Source: Thermodesulfobacteriota bacterium
Lineage (GTDB): Bacteria; Desulfobacterota_D; UBA1144; Nemesobacterales; Nemesobacteraceae
Direction of reading: 5' to 3'
DNA length: 64,000 bases
Assembly (NCBI GenBank): GCA_965207685.1
Contig: OZ242294.1
Coordinates: 1,635,229-1,699,228 of the forward strand
A model generated the notes under the pieces. It saw nothing but the letters and a program-made list of their open reading frames with translations. It was not told the DNA's origin and made no database searches. Positions 10,979-20,974 of this stretch are shown piece by piece; positions within the stretch are counted from its first letter, which is position 1; the number at the start of each line of letters is the position of its first letter. The position numbers were made by a program, and so were the translations under genes.

Positions 10979-11083
10979 ATTTTGGAGGGGACCAAGTCAT
11001 TCCTTACTGCCGACTGAATCATTGTTCCCATGCACCGGATTTGACAACAACCCATTCTATTGGTTGGTTAGTAGTGAACAGCC

Positions 11084-11953
11084 ATGATGACAATGGAACC
11101 GTTAGTAAGATCATTGCTAAGACTGTTGCCTGATGAAGCACTTGTCCGCTTAGAGTTTATATACAATTTCGGCAAGTTTTTGAATTTGAAGAATCCGAAG
11201 ACTTTCAACGAGAAAATACAGTGGATAAAACTATATGAAAAAAACCCCCTGATGACATTGTATGCGGATAAGTATGAAGTCAGGAAGATTGTTGAGAAGA
11301 AAATCGGGGCGCACATATTAAATGAACTGTATGGTGTTTTTGAAAGTCCGGACGAAATAGATTTCGATTCATTACCCGAATCTTTCGTTTTAAAGGCAAC
11401 ACATGGTAGCGGGTGGAACATAATAGTCAGAGACAAGTCGGTTCTTGAAATAGAGAAAGCAAAAAAGAAAATGAAAAAGTGGCTGGGGAGGAATTTCTAC
11501 ACGAAAAAAAGGGAATGGGCTTACAAGGATATTCCACCGCGGATAGTTTGCGAAAAATACATGGAAAACAAAGACGGATCGCTCAATGACTATAAGTTTT
11601 ACTGCTTCAACGGGAATCCTCTCTTTATGCAGGTGGATTTCGATAGATATTCCGGGCACTCTAGAGCGTTCTACGACCCTGAGTGGCAAAAACTCGATTT
11701 TTTTATTGCAAAGAGCAGGAAAGCCCGCCGCTGTGAAAAAGAACACAAGCGCCCTGACTGCTTGACGGAAATGGTTAAAATTGCGCGCGTACTCTCAAGT
11801 GATTTCACATTTGCGCGTGTCGATATGTATGAAGTTGACGGAAAAGCAATTTTTGGTGAAGTAACGTTCTATCCGAAAAATGGAGGGGGAAGGTTTTCTC
11901 CAGAGTATTGGGATGCAGAATTCGGTGATTTGCTGCGATTACCCGAAATGTAA
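11084..11953 (+). CDS. ATP-grasp fold amidoligase, TupA-like (glycan-modifying)
   Basis: DYKFYCFNGNP and the surrounding TupA-like ATP-grasp signature. Confidence 0.75.
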   Translation: MMTMEPLVRSLLRLLPDEALVRLEFIYNFGKFLNLKNPKTFNEKIQWIKLYEKNPLMTLYADKYEVRKIVEKKIGAHILNELYGVFESPDEIDFDSLPESFVLKATHGSGWNIIVRDKSVLEIEKAKKKMKKWLGRNFYTKKREWAYKDIPPRIVCEKYMENKDGSLNDYKFYCFNGNPLFMQVDFDRYSGHSRAFYDPEWQKLDFFIAKSRKARRCEKEHKRPDCLTEMVKIARVLSSDFTFARVDMYEVDGKAIFGEVTFYPKNGGGRFSPEYWDAEFGDLLRLPEM

Positions 11954-11976
11954 CTAGATCAGTTTGACGGAGCTTA

Positions 11977-12125
11977 ATTTTCTCACTCGTACCTCGGGGC
12001 TTCTATTGGATTAAGTGCAGCCGCTTTTTTCGCAGAGTATATTCAGAAAACTATTCCCACAAGGGCGAAGAAGAGAAAAGCCACGATTATGTACAGCACG
12101 GAAATCCGAGTTTGCAAAAGACCTT
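11977..12125 (-). pseudogene. Remnant of an FtsX/MacB-type permease 3' end (about 48 codons), a diverged paralogous fragment
   Basis: About 85% nucleotide identity to 13378-13520, the C-terminus of the intact permease gene. Confidence 0.6.
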
Positions 12126-12260
12126 CGTCGCTGCCATATGGGAATTAAACAAGCAGGTGGTCTGAAGAGGTAGAGCAAGCCTTTTTTTGAGAATTGAATA
12201 ACAAAGTTTTTCATAAACGGTACCGAAGTGGCATGTCGAGAGCAAATAAAACTGTCCGCT

Positions 12261-12920
12261 TTACCGCCCGCGCGAAAAAGTCCAGTATTGCAAACAGGCC
12301 AACAGTATAAGGAGAGCGATGCCGAGTTCTAGTATTTCCTCGATCACGCGCATTGGTGTCTTCACTTCGCTCGATAGGATTATTGCGAAGTTCTCGCGCA
12401 AGATTCGCGGAGCTGAGTCAAGCAACTTAGCAACCAGCATAACGAGCAAAGCCGCAGCAGTTGTTAAGGAGTACCCGTATCGGCTGCGCAGTCCAGATGC
12501 CAAGTTCCTACCGTAGTTCATCACATAGCGGATCAAAGCATATACGCAGACCAACAGCACGACACCTACTGCAACTCTTTCCACGAGCGATGTAGTAGGG
12601 TTTGTGTAGTAACTGAGATTGTTGATTCTTAAGGAAGTCAGCCTACTGTGCATGTCAAGCTCACGAAGCACAAACAACAAGACCAAAAAAGCCGAGTGGT
12701 ACCGAAATTTCCAGTCTCCTGAGGCGATGAACAAAAGATATACGATCCCGCTGAAGTACAAAATGACGGTGAGATTCTCTATCAAATTGCCTTCCCGAGA
12801 AAGTCGTTCCGCGGCGGCACTATCCAGAAATATAGCCAGAAAGGTGATAATCAGGAGACCTGTGATGACGTAAAGAAACAAGAATGGCTGGCCCGTATTT
12901 TTCATAGACCTTAGATTCAA
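12261..12920 (-). CDS. Hypothetical integral membrane protein (about 6 TM)
   Basis: Hydrophobic segments throughout; AT-rich island codon usage. Confidence 0.35.
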   Translation of the reverse strand: MNLRSMKNTGQPFLFLYVITGLLIITFLAIFLDSAAAERLSREGNLIENLTVILYFSGIVYLLFIASGDWKFRYHSAFLVLLFVLRELDMHSRLTSLRINNLSYYTNPTTSLVERVAVGVVLLVCVYALIRYVMNYGRNLASGLRSRYGYSLTTAAALLVMLVAKLLDSAPRILRENFAIILSSEVKTPMRVIEEILELGIALLILLACLQYWTFSRGR

Positions 12921-13377
12921 TTCACAAACGAGATTCTAAAAGTATTTTGAACCAATCACAATACAGATACAGTTGTGTTGTTCGTAAAATGTCAAGACTA
13001 CAGAAAGCCTGGCAAAAAAGCCAGTCTCAGGCCTTTTCATGCAGTTAAGTGCCGACATCCCTCCTCTCCTTAGAGTGTAATTGCATACAAGTCTTCAAAG
13101 TGGATACCATGACCAAATATCCTCATGGTATCTGGCAATTTCAAACGGAGGCGGAACAGAGAATGAACAGACATCGGTACAAACTTTCACTTAATCGCAT
13201 TCAGAGGTTGTTTCCGCTTGTGATTCTGTCTGTTTCTATGGTAGCTGCCTGTTCTTTGTCCAGTTTTTTTAAAGAACCAAAAACGCACAAAATATCAGAC
13301 CTAGCCAACTGCCTCTGGGATTTCCCGGGCGTGAGATTAGAGGAAACAAAAGAATTTTTCTGGGGCGCTTAGTTTCT

Positions 13378-14592
13378 TCACTCGTATCTCAAAGCTTCTA
13401 TTGGATTGAGTTCAGCCGCTTTTTTCGCCGGATATATTCCGAAGATGATTCCCACAAGTGCGGAGAACATAAAAGCCACTAGTATAGACAATACTGATAT
13501 CTGCGTCGGCCAGCCCGTGAGGACGGAAGCAACTTTTGAGACCAGTATTCCGATTGCCGTTCCAATTACGCCGCCTATAAGGGAAAGCAGCACAGATTCA
13601 ATAAGGAACTGAACCAGTATATTTTTCTCCTTCGCCCCCACGGCAAGCCTGATTCCTATTTCTCTAGTTCTTTCCCCGACCGAAACGAGCATTATGTTCA
13701 TTATTCCTATTCCTCCCACGACGAGCGAAATAGATGCTATGCTTCCGAGAAGCACGGCGAGGATTCGTGAGACATTCTTGATGGTCCTTATCTGTGTTTG
13801 TTGGGTCTTGACGTAGAAATCGTCTTGCATTTCCCCCTTTATTCCATGTTCCCTGCGCAAGGTCTTTTCTATTTTTGTCTGGGCGTATCCCAGATCATAA
13901 TTTGGGTCCACAAAAATCGAGATTTTCTCAAGTGATTTCGCGCCGATGAGTCTTTTCTGGACTGAAGTATAGGGAAGCAGGACGATATCATCCTGATCTT
14001 TTCCGCTGGGAGTGGGGCCAATTGGGGACATCACCCCGATAACCCTGTAAGTGTATTTGCCGATCCTTACACTTTTCCCGATAGGGTCTTGGCTCCCGAA
14101 TAGGTTTTGCTTTACTGTTTTTCCCAACACGCAGACAAGAGCCGCTTTCCTTACGTCAAGTTCGTTGAAGAACGTGCCTTTTTCTGGAAACCAGTCGTTT
14201 ATCAGGATGAAATCCTTTCCGGTGCCTATAACCGCTGTGAAGACGTTTCTATTTCCCGAGATAACATTCGCGTTCGTATTGGATATCGCCGAGACATATT
14301 TTGTTACGTCTAGATTCCTTATCGCTTCCACGTCTTTGCCCGTGAGCGGTTTCACGTTACCCGTAACGATGCTTTTTCCGCTCTTAGTCCTTTTCCCGGT
14401 ATTTACCACTAGAGAGTTTGCTCCAAGAGACGCTAATTGACTTTCTATCATGTTTTTTGCGCCACCGGTTATGGAAACAAGCGAGATTACGGCTGCAACT
14501 CCTATGATTATTCCAAGGGTGGTAAGAAAAGATCTTACCTTGTTGCTTTTTATAGCCCTGTATGAAATCTCAATTAAAAGCAATGGATTCAT
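13378..14592 (-). CDS. ABC transporter permease, FtsX/MacB-like (orphan; no cognate ATPase in window)
   Basis: N-terminal TM, large periplasmic domain and C-terminal 3-TM FtsX module. Confidence 0.8.
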   Translation of the reverse strand: MNPLLLIEISYRAIKSNKVRSFLTTLGIIIGVAAVISLVSITGGAKNMIESQLASLGANSLVVNTGKRTKSGKSIVTGNVKPLTGKDVEAIRNLDVTKYVSAISNTNANVISGNRNVFTAVIGTGKDFILINDWFPEKGTFFNELDVRKAALVCVLGKTVKQNLFGSQDPIGKSVRIGKYTYRVIGVMSPIGPTPSGKDQDDIVLLPYTSVQKRLIGAKSLEKISIFVDPNYDLGYAQTKIEKTLRREHGIKGEMQDDFYVKTQQTQIRTIKNVSRILAVLLGSIASISLVVGGIGIMNIMLVSVGERTREIGIRLAVGAKEKNILVQFLIESVLLSLIGGVIGTAIGILVSKVASVLTGWPTQISVLSILVAFMFSALVGIIFGIYPAKKAAELNPIEALRYE

Positions 14593-14869
14593 AGAGTCAA
14601 TTGTAACCGATCACATGGACTGTTTTTCCGCACCGCTCAGGCAAAATCCTAAAGATTCGACAAATTCAAGATTCGTGAGGGAAAACTACAGATCAAGCTT
14701 TGGTCGTTAATATTATCAACACGCATAATGACATGCCTTGTGATGCGGTTACAATAAAAAGTTAAGAATTTTGTGAAAAACAATGAATTGTTCTTCCCGT
14801 TTACTTGGAGGATGTAGTCTGTCTTTCACAGTTCTTTAGAGTGGGAAGTTTTTTTGTGAGGCCCAATTC

Positions 14870-15652
14870 GTGAAAGCTATAATACTTGCAGCGGGTAGTG
14901 GTACTAGAATGTACCCCTACACCCATGACAAACCCAAGTGTCTTCTTGATATTGGGAATATATCCATACTTGAGCACCAGATAAACACCATAAGAGACTG
15001 CGGCATAAACGAGATTGTTGTCGTTGTTGGGTTCCGTTTCGAAAGGGTGGAGGATTTTCTAAGAAGCTACGACGACTTGGGGATGAGAATCAATACCCTT
15101 TATAATCCCTTCTACCAGTCTACCAACAGTCTTGTGTCTCTCTGGATAGCCCGAAGTGAGCTAGATGAGGATGTAGTGGTTATGAACGGAGACGATGTGT
15201 ACGAAGCAGATGTTCTGGACAAAGTACTTTCAGTTAGGGATGAAAAAATCTGTCTTCCAATAAAAAAGAGGCCACGGTACGAAAGGGAAGACATGAAAGT
15301 TATAGTTGACGACGGCAGGATTACAAAGATCAGCAAAGAGATATCAAACGCTGAGACCTCCGCTGAATCAGTTGGCATAAGAGTGTTCAGGGATACAGGA
15401 GTTGAACTGCTCAAAAGGGCGGTTGAGGAAGAGATGAGGAATCCCGGCGCCGAGGGGAAATGGTACATTTCCTCAATACATAGGCTTATAAGTAAGGGGT
15501 ATGGAATTAGGCCCTTGGATATAGGCGAGCTTTACTGGATGGATGTGGACTGTCCACTGGATCTTTTCAGGGCGAGAAAACAGGCTGACAGATTCTTGAA
15601 AAAGGAATACCGTGTGCCAAGTCTTCTGAGAATTGTTGATTATTCTGAATAA
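14870..15652 (+). CDS. Nucleotidyltransferase (NTP_transferase domain; LicC/Pntc-like cytidylyl- or sugar-phosphate nucleotidyltransferase)
   Basis: MKAIILAAGSGTRM (G-x-G-T-R) signature. Confidence 0.75.
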   Translation: MKAIILAAGSGTRMYPYTHDKPKCLLDIGNISILEHQINTIRDCGINEIVVVVGFRFERVEDFLRSYDDLGMRINTLYNPFYQSTNSLVSLWIARSELDEDVVVMNGDDVYEADVLDKVLSVRDEKICLPIKKRPRYEREDMKVIVDDGRITKISKEISNAETSAESVGIRVFRDTGVELLKRAVEEEMRNPGAEGKWYISSIHRLISKGYGIRPLDIGELYWMDVDCPLDLFRARKQADRFLKKEYRVPSLLRIVDYSE

Positions 15653-15699
15653 CCCGTTGTGGAAAAATCCGCGCTCGCAATTAAGGTGAAGCGTTGTGT

Positions 15700-16400
15700 G
15701 GGGATTTTCGCGAAACTTTTTATTGAATTCTCTTTTTTCTCTCTGCTTGCGACGATACTTGCACTTCCGGTGGCTGCCGAGATTATCAGGGTTGCCACCT
15801 GGAGAATATAGAGAATCTTCGGGAGGCCTCAGGAGAGGGGGAAAACCCGAGATACGAACAGGACTACCAGCGTTTAGGAAAATACGCGAAACTGCTTGAC
15901 GCCGATATTGTTGCGCTTCAGGAGATAGAAAACGAGGCAGTTCTCAGACGGGTTTTTGATCCAAAACTGTATAAGTTCTTTGTTTCGACGAGGAAAGCAA
16001 AGTCCCGCAAACACACGGCGTTTGCGATCAAAGAAGAGGTTCCGGTAAAGTGGCATTGAGGCCTTTACTCGGATCGGGGGAAAAACGGCATCCTCCGCCA
16101 CGGCGTCGAAATTGAGGTCACGGTAAATTGAAAGTCCATCTGGCTCCTTTCAGTTCATTTGAAAGCTCTTTGTTCCGAGCATATTCTACGGATGATTCTG
16201 GATGCCATGCAGATAGCAAGCCTTATCACTCTCATTACGAAGATGATTACTTTGGGTGTGCTATCGCTGGAACAAAGCATACCGATGAAGTATTCTGTTA
16301 AAGTTGCTTTTTATTGGGCCTAATATTTCCCCCGACATGCGACAAGAGCGTCTTTCTCCGGTTTCAAGAACGCTTGAATAAGCCGTTTTCAAAACCAAGC
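15700..16400 (+). pseudogene. Degraded EEP-family nuclease/phosphatase with signal peptide; multiple frameshifts and stops
   Basis: IRVATW(N)I, ADIVALQEIE and LLSVHLK motifs are scattered over three frames with an in-frame stop after ATWRI. Confidence 0.55.
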
Positions 16401-16573
16401 GCTTCGAGGGGTTGGCAGTTAGCACCGGGTATATCTGCTGGGCTTCCTCCGAGCACGGCAAGGTATTGGAAAAAGCTTTCTTTGAGGAGAAGTCATGTGT
16501 GCTTTATAAAATGGATCGTGTTTTATTGTTCTCTATGTTTCCAGAGACGAAGGAAAATGAGTTTGAAACCCGG

Positions 16574-17731
16574 ATGAAAAAATACGAAGGACTGAGGGTG
16601 CTTTACGTTGGAAGCCAACCACTTTTTACCGAAAAGGCAACCGCTGTTCACATGCTCAAGATGTGCCAGGCGATGGCTAATCTTGGGATCGAAGTTGAGT
16701 GCGTCCTGCCGGGGCGGGTTAACAAGGAAAGACTTTTTTCGTATTACGGCATCAAGACTCCTTTTCGCGTAACCTCGCTTGCGCTTTCGGGCGGGCTTGC
16801 TAGGCGGCCGCTACATGGTTTTTTAAGCTCTCTTTACGCTTGCGGAAAAAAAGAAAATTTTGATCTTGTGCTCACCAGGGATCTTATCTCTGCCTGGTTC
16901 GCGACCAAGGTTTTCAGGGTTCCGACGGTCTACGACGCTCACCACCCTCCGGTTAACTGGGCGGCCGAAACAATAATAGGTTCTTTTTCCCGCTCTAAGA
17001 ACCTGCTCGGAATGTCCTTTAATTCGCGGGGTCTACACGACATATACTTCTGCCTCGGGATGACGGGGCAAAATCCCATAGTGGCTCCGAACGGCTTCGA
17101 ACGGGAGGTGTTTGAGGGAGAACACGACATTTCCTCGCTTCGGGAGCGCCTCGGTCTTCCGCTCGAGAGAAAAATAGTGTGCTACTGCGGAAACACTTAC
17201 AGGGGAAGGGGGCTTGAGATTCTGGTGCGTGCCGCGGCGCAGATGCCCGAGATTGAGTTTCTCATTGTCGGGGGCAGGGAGCGGGACAATGCGTTTTGGC
17301 GCGAGATGGCGAGGCAGGATGGATCGGCTAATTTCAGGATAGAGGGGTTTGTGCGACAACGGGAAGTACTCTCTTACCTTCTTGCCTCAGATGTTTTGGT
17401 CATGCCCTATTCGTCCAAGGTAACTATAAGGGATGGGACGGAAGCCGGTAAGTTTACCTCTCCGCTTAAGCTTTTCGAGTATATGGCCGCTGGAAAACCC
17501 ATTGTTGCTACGGGGGTTCCGTCGGTTCTTGAGATACTGCGTCCAGGGCAGAATTCGGTTGTTACTCCTCCTGATAACGGGGGGGAATTTATTCGAGCGC
17601 TTGGTCTTGTCCTTGCTGACTCAGAGCTTTGCGCACGGATTTCAGAAGGGGCCCGCTCGGACGCGGTCGAGTACACGTGGGAGAAGAGGGTTGAAAAAAT
17701 AATTGAGGGGGTTGGAATTACTGTCGAGTAA
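16574..17731 (+). CDS. Glycosyltransferase family 4; start uncertain (16412, 16511 or 16574)
   Basis: RVLYVGSQ N-terminus and EGF...KLFEYMAAGKPIVAT C-terminal GT4 motifs. Confidence 0.75.
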   Translation: MKKYEGLRVLYVGSQPLFTEKATAVHMLKMCQAMANLGIEVECVLPGRVNKERLFSYYGIKTPFRVTSLALSGGLARRPLHGFLSSLYACGKKENFDLVLTRDLISAWFATKVFRVPTVYDAHHPPVNWAAETIIGSFSRSKNLLGMSFNSRGLHDIYFCLGMTGQNPIVAPNGFEREVFEGEHDISSLRERLGLPLERKIVCYCGNTYRGRGLEILVRAAAQMPEIEFLIVGGRERDNAFWREMARQDGSANFRIEGFVRQREVLSYLLASDVLVMPYSSKVTIRDGTEAGKFTSPLKLFEYMAAGKPIVATGVPSVLEILRPGQNSVVTPPDNGGEFIRALGLVLADSELCARISEGARSDAVEYTWEKRVEKIIEGVGITVE

Positions 17732-17911
17732 GTTCTTGGTCTGATTTAATCTGAGGGTCAACTTAAATAGACCTAGAGAAGTAAACCCTAATCCTAGGAC
17801 AGTTTTTCGTTTTTTTTATGAACCATCCTGTTTGCCGAGAACACTCTTTCTCTCTCAATCGTATAAACTTGTAAGCTGGCTCTAAACTCATAAATCACGT
17901 GGAGGTGCGTA

Positions 17912-18241
17912 ATGAGAAAAATATTGATGTTTTCCGTATTGGCGGTTCTGTTCCTGGGTGGAGCGACACTTGCCTCGGCCCATTGCGGAGATTGTGGTAA
18001 GAAAGCAGATTGCCCCAGGAAGTCCGCTAAAATGGACAAAATGTTTGAGAAAAAAGACTCAAATTCTGACGGCGTTATCTCAAAGGCCGAGTTTATGTCC
18101 CATGTGGAGAAAAAATTCGCCAAGATGGATGCTGACGGCAACGGCAGTCTTACAAAGGAAGAAGTAAAGAAATACTGGGCCGCCAAGAAAGAGAAATACA
18201 AAGAGAAGAAAAAAGATTCCGGGCAGTGCGCCGGCAAGTAG
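17912..18241 (+). CDS. Secreted EF-hand calcium-binding protein (two canonical EF loops)
   Basis: Signal peptide; DSNSDGVISKAE and DADGNGSLTKEE 12-residue loops. Confidence 0.8.
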   Translation: MRKILMFSVLAVLFLGGATLASAHCGDCGKKADCPRKSAKMDKMFEKKDSNSDGVISKAEFMSHVEKKFAKMDADGNGSLTKEEVKKYWAAKKEKYKEKKKDSGQCAGK

Positions 18242-18302
18242 CGCTGAAACAGCAGTAACATCGGTGGCGCTCTGCGGCCACGGCTAAATGGGAACGGACC
18301 GC

Positions 18303-18851
18303 ATGGCAAAAGAGTCACCGGACGATGAAAGCTTGCTTGAACGCGTAGGGGAAGGCGACCGTGCGGCGTTCGCCGTGCTTGTAAGAAGGCATAGCGACAG
18401 GTATTACCGGCTCGCCTACCGCTACACCACAAGGCGCGAGGAAGCAGAAGACATAGTGCAGGCGGCATTTATAAAGCTGTGGGAGACTCCGGATATATGG
18501 GATCCTCGAAGGGGAGCAAGGTTCACTACCTGGTTTTACCGGGTGGTGGTGAATCTCTGTCTTGACAGCAGAAAAAAACGCGGCGAGGCGGCGATCCCCG
18601 AATCTATTGAACCAGAAGATGAAAACCCCGACTCGGAAAGCAAGATTGCCGAGAGCGAGCAGAGGGCCTTGCTTGCGAGGGAGATTAAGAGGTTGCCTCC
18701 GAGGCAGAAAACCGCTTTGATCCTCTGCTTCTATGAGGAACTGAGACATGAGGACGCTGCCGGGATCATGAAAGTAAGCGTTTCGGCGCTTCGCTCTTTG
18801 CTAATGAGGGCCAAGGCGACGCTCAGACGGGAGATGGACCGTTATCTTTGA
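18303..18851 (+). CDS. RNA polymerase sigma-70 factor, ECF subfamily
   Basis: Region 2 (YYRLAYRYT..EDIVQ) and region 4 (DAAGIMKVS) signatures. Confidence 0.85.
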   Translation: MAKESPDDESLLERVGEGDRAAFAVLVRRHSDRYYRLAYRYTTRREEAEDIVQAAFIKLWETPDIWDPRRGARFTTWFYRVVVNLCLDSRKKRGEAAIPESIEPEDENPDSESKIAESEQRALLAREIKRLPPRQKTALILCFYEELRHEDAAGIMKVSVSALRSLLMRAKATLRREMDRYL

Positions 18852-19150
18852 GAAGGCGTATGGATAAGGACAGGAAACTTGAGGAGTTATTGCGCACGTA
18901 TGACGTTCCCCCGGTCCCCGGCGACCTGGCCGGGAGAATAATAAGCGCGGCGTCGCTCGTCCCGCAGAGACAGGGAGCCTTAAGATGGGTCCTCAGGGTG
19001 TTCTGGTCGCCTGTTCCCGCTTTCTGCCTTGCCTTGTTTCTTGCGGTCGGGTTTCTGGCGGGCGTGATGAGCTACGGCGGAGCGGATTCCCAAGCGGCCC
19101 CCGAGAGCGTTATCGAGCAGCTGCTTGGCGACGAGGAAGGATTGTTATGA
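18848..19150 (+). CDS. Putative anti-sigma factor (single TM), translationally coupled by ATGA overlap
   Basis: Four-base overlap with the sigma gene; about 100 aa with one TM. Confidence 0.5.
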   Translation: MRRRMDKDRKLEELLRTYDVPPVPGDLAGRIISAASLVPQRQGALRWVLRVFWSPVPAFCLALFLAVGFLAGVMSYGGADSQAAPESVIEQLLGDEEGLL

Positions 19151-19593
19151 GAAACCCGGTCAGATTATTAGTACTGTTGTTGGTTGTCCTCGGAGTTATC
19201 TTCATAGGTTTTGCAGCTGGGCGGGGGTGTGACCGTCATCAAGTGAAGCGGGGAGAGCGTATAATCACCCTGCTTGACGAATCTTCCCTTCCGGAAGCAA
19301 GACGCGCCGAGCTTAAGGAAAAACTGCGTGCTGCGCTTCCCGATGCGGAGAGGAAAAAAGCAAAACGGCAGCTGAGCGGGGAAGTAATCGCTATTCTCGA
19401 GGCGGAGCAGTTCGATGCCGAAGCTTACCGGGAGAGCCTGGATAAGATGTTCCTTGAGCGCCTGAGGCAGAAGCGGCGGGTTCTCGAAGTTATAGTCGAG
19501 ATAGCATCCGAGCTTAACTGGGAGGAACGAAAAGCTCTTGCGGATATACTTCGCCGGTCACCCAAGTTCAGACATCTCCCGCGGACAAATTGA
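19147..19593 (+). CDS. Periplasmic Spy/CpxP/LTXXQ-like stress protein (putative)
   Basis: N-terminal TM/signal then helical, charged repeats. Four-base overlap with the anti-sigma gene. Confidence 0.4.
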   Translation: MRNPVRLLVLLLVVLGVIFIGFAAGRGCDRHQVKRGERIITLLDESSLPEARRAELKEKLRAALPDAERKKAKRQLSGEVIAILEAEQFDAEAYRESLDKMFLERLRQKRRVLEVIVEIASELNWEERKALADILRRSPKFRHLPRTN

Positions 19594-19810
19594 GTTGGGC
19601 ACGAAAGAGTTTCCCGTTTATCGGTATTGTCTGGGCGATTTCAAAAGATATCCGCAAATCGAAGGATCAATCTCGCGCAAGAAGCGACCGTTTGACGTAA
19701 GAACAGGGTTATTTACCAGGGTTTAACTGAACACCGCAATGGGGTCTGTTTCACTGATTCCAGGGCAGGAAAATCTGACTGTTAAGGAGTGGCGGTGAAG
19801 GGGGATATCC

Positions 19811-20974
19811 TCAGAGCTTGGAAACTGTTTCCATCATGTCCCGCAGGCTCAGAGCCTCAATTCCTTTGCCGATCGGGAAACTCTCGCGGCCACCGTGCAC
19901 GACAAACCTGCGGGAGGGTTTTAAGTCCTCGCACGCCGCGTGAAAACCTTTTGACAGCTTCGGAACGGAACCGCGTTTTATTTCTATGGCCCATAATCCC
20001 CCCTTGCCCGAATCGACGATCAGGTCGATCTCGGCCCCTCCCTTGGAGCGGTAAAATCCCATCGAACCGAGCTTAGGCATAGCCCCGGCTAGGTTTTCGA
20101 TCACGTAGCCTTCCCAGCTGCCTCCGGCTGCGGGGTGACCGAGCAGATCGTTTATGGTCGTAATGCCGAGCAGAGCGTGAGCCACTCCACTGTCGCGAAC
20201 GTAGATCCTGGGTGTTTTTACGAGACGTTTCCCCTGATTTGAGGCCCATGGCCGGAGACGACGCACGAGCAGCAGGTCGACGAGCAGGTCGAGATACCGG
20301 CCGGCCGTCACGCCGGCGACGTCAAGCCCCCGGGCCAGCTCGGAGGCGTTGAACAGTCCGCCCTGTCTGTGCGCAAGCATTGTCCAGAACCGTCGCAGGG
20401 TCTCCGCCGGAATGCGTGGGCCGAGCTGTGGAATATCCCGTTCCAGATACGTGCGGATGAAGTCCTCCCGCCACCTTGCGCTTTCATTGTCGTCGGGGGC
20501 GAGAAAACTCTCGGGGAAGCCGCCCCTGTTCCAGAGCTTGAGGGCTTCTTCCTTATCAATCTCCCGTGCACTGAGAGGGCCGAGTTCCAGGTATGATACG
20601 CGACCCGCGAGAGATTCGCGCGACTGCTTCGGCAGATCGATCGAGGCGGACCCCAGCAGCAGGAAATGGCCCGTCCTGAGTCCTCTCTGGCGGTAGCCGT
20701 CAATTATGACACGAAGCGTTGCGAAGATTCCGGGCGCTCTCTGCACCTCATCGAAAACGATCAGCTTTCCCTCGTTAAGCTCGCAGAACTGCTGAATGTC
20801 CTCGATTCTCGCCAAATCGCGCGGGTTCTCAAGATCCAGATAGACCGCGTTCCGCTTGCGGGCGATCTTGCGAGCTAGGGTGGTTTTCCCGACCTGCCTT
20901 GGACCCGTGAGAACCACAGCGGGGTTTTTTTCAAGCAGTCTTTCTAGCTTGTAGGTTATCGTTCTTTCTATCAT
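19811..20974 (-). CDS. AAA+ ATPase of the DUF4143 (COG1373) family
   Basis: Walker A GPRQVGKTT, Walker B IVFDEV, and a C-terminal DUF4143-like region. Confidence 0.7.
   Translation of the reverse strand: MIERTITYKLERLLEKNPAVVLTGPRQVGKTTLARKIARKRNAVYLDLENPRDLARIEDIQQFCELNEGKLIVFDEVQRAPGIFATLRVIIDGYRQRGLRTGHFLLLGSASIDLPKQSRESLAGRVSYLELGPLSAREIDKEEALKLWNRGGFPESFLAPDDNESARWREDFIRTYLERDIPQLGPRIPAETLRRFWTMLAHRQGGLFNASELARGLDVAGVTAGRYLDLLVDLLLVRRLRPWASNQGKRLVKTPRIYVRDSGVAHALLGITTINDLLGHPAAGGSWEGYVIENLAGAMPKLGSMGFYRSKGGAEIDLIVDSGKGGLWAIEIKRGSVPKLSKGFHAACEDLKPSRRFVVHGGRESFPIGKGIEALSLRDMMETVSKL

Noticed and set aside
13049-13372. 107-aa ORF between the membrane-protein gene and the FtsX permease gene
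   Set aside because: No RBS or motif support and an internal start is likely. It could be a small membrane protein, but the evidence is insufficient to call it.
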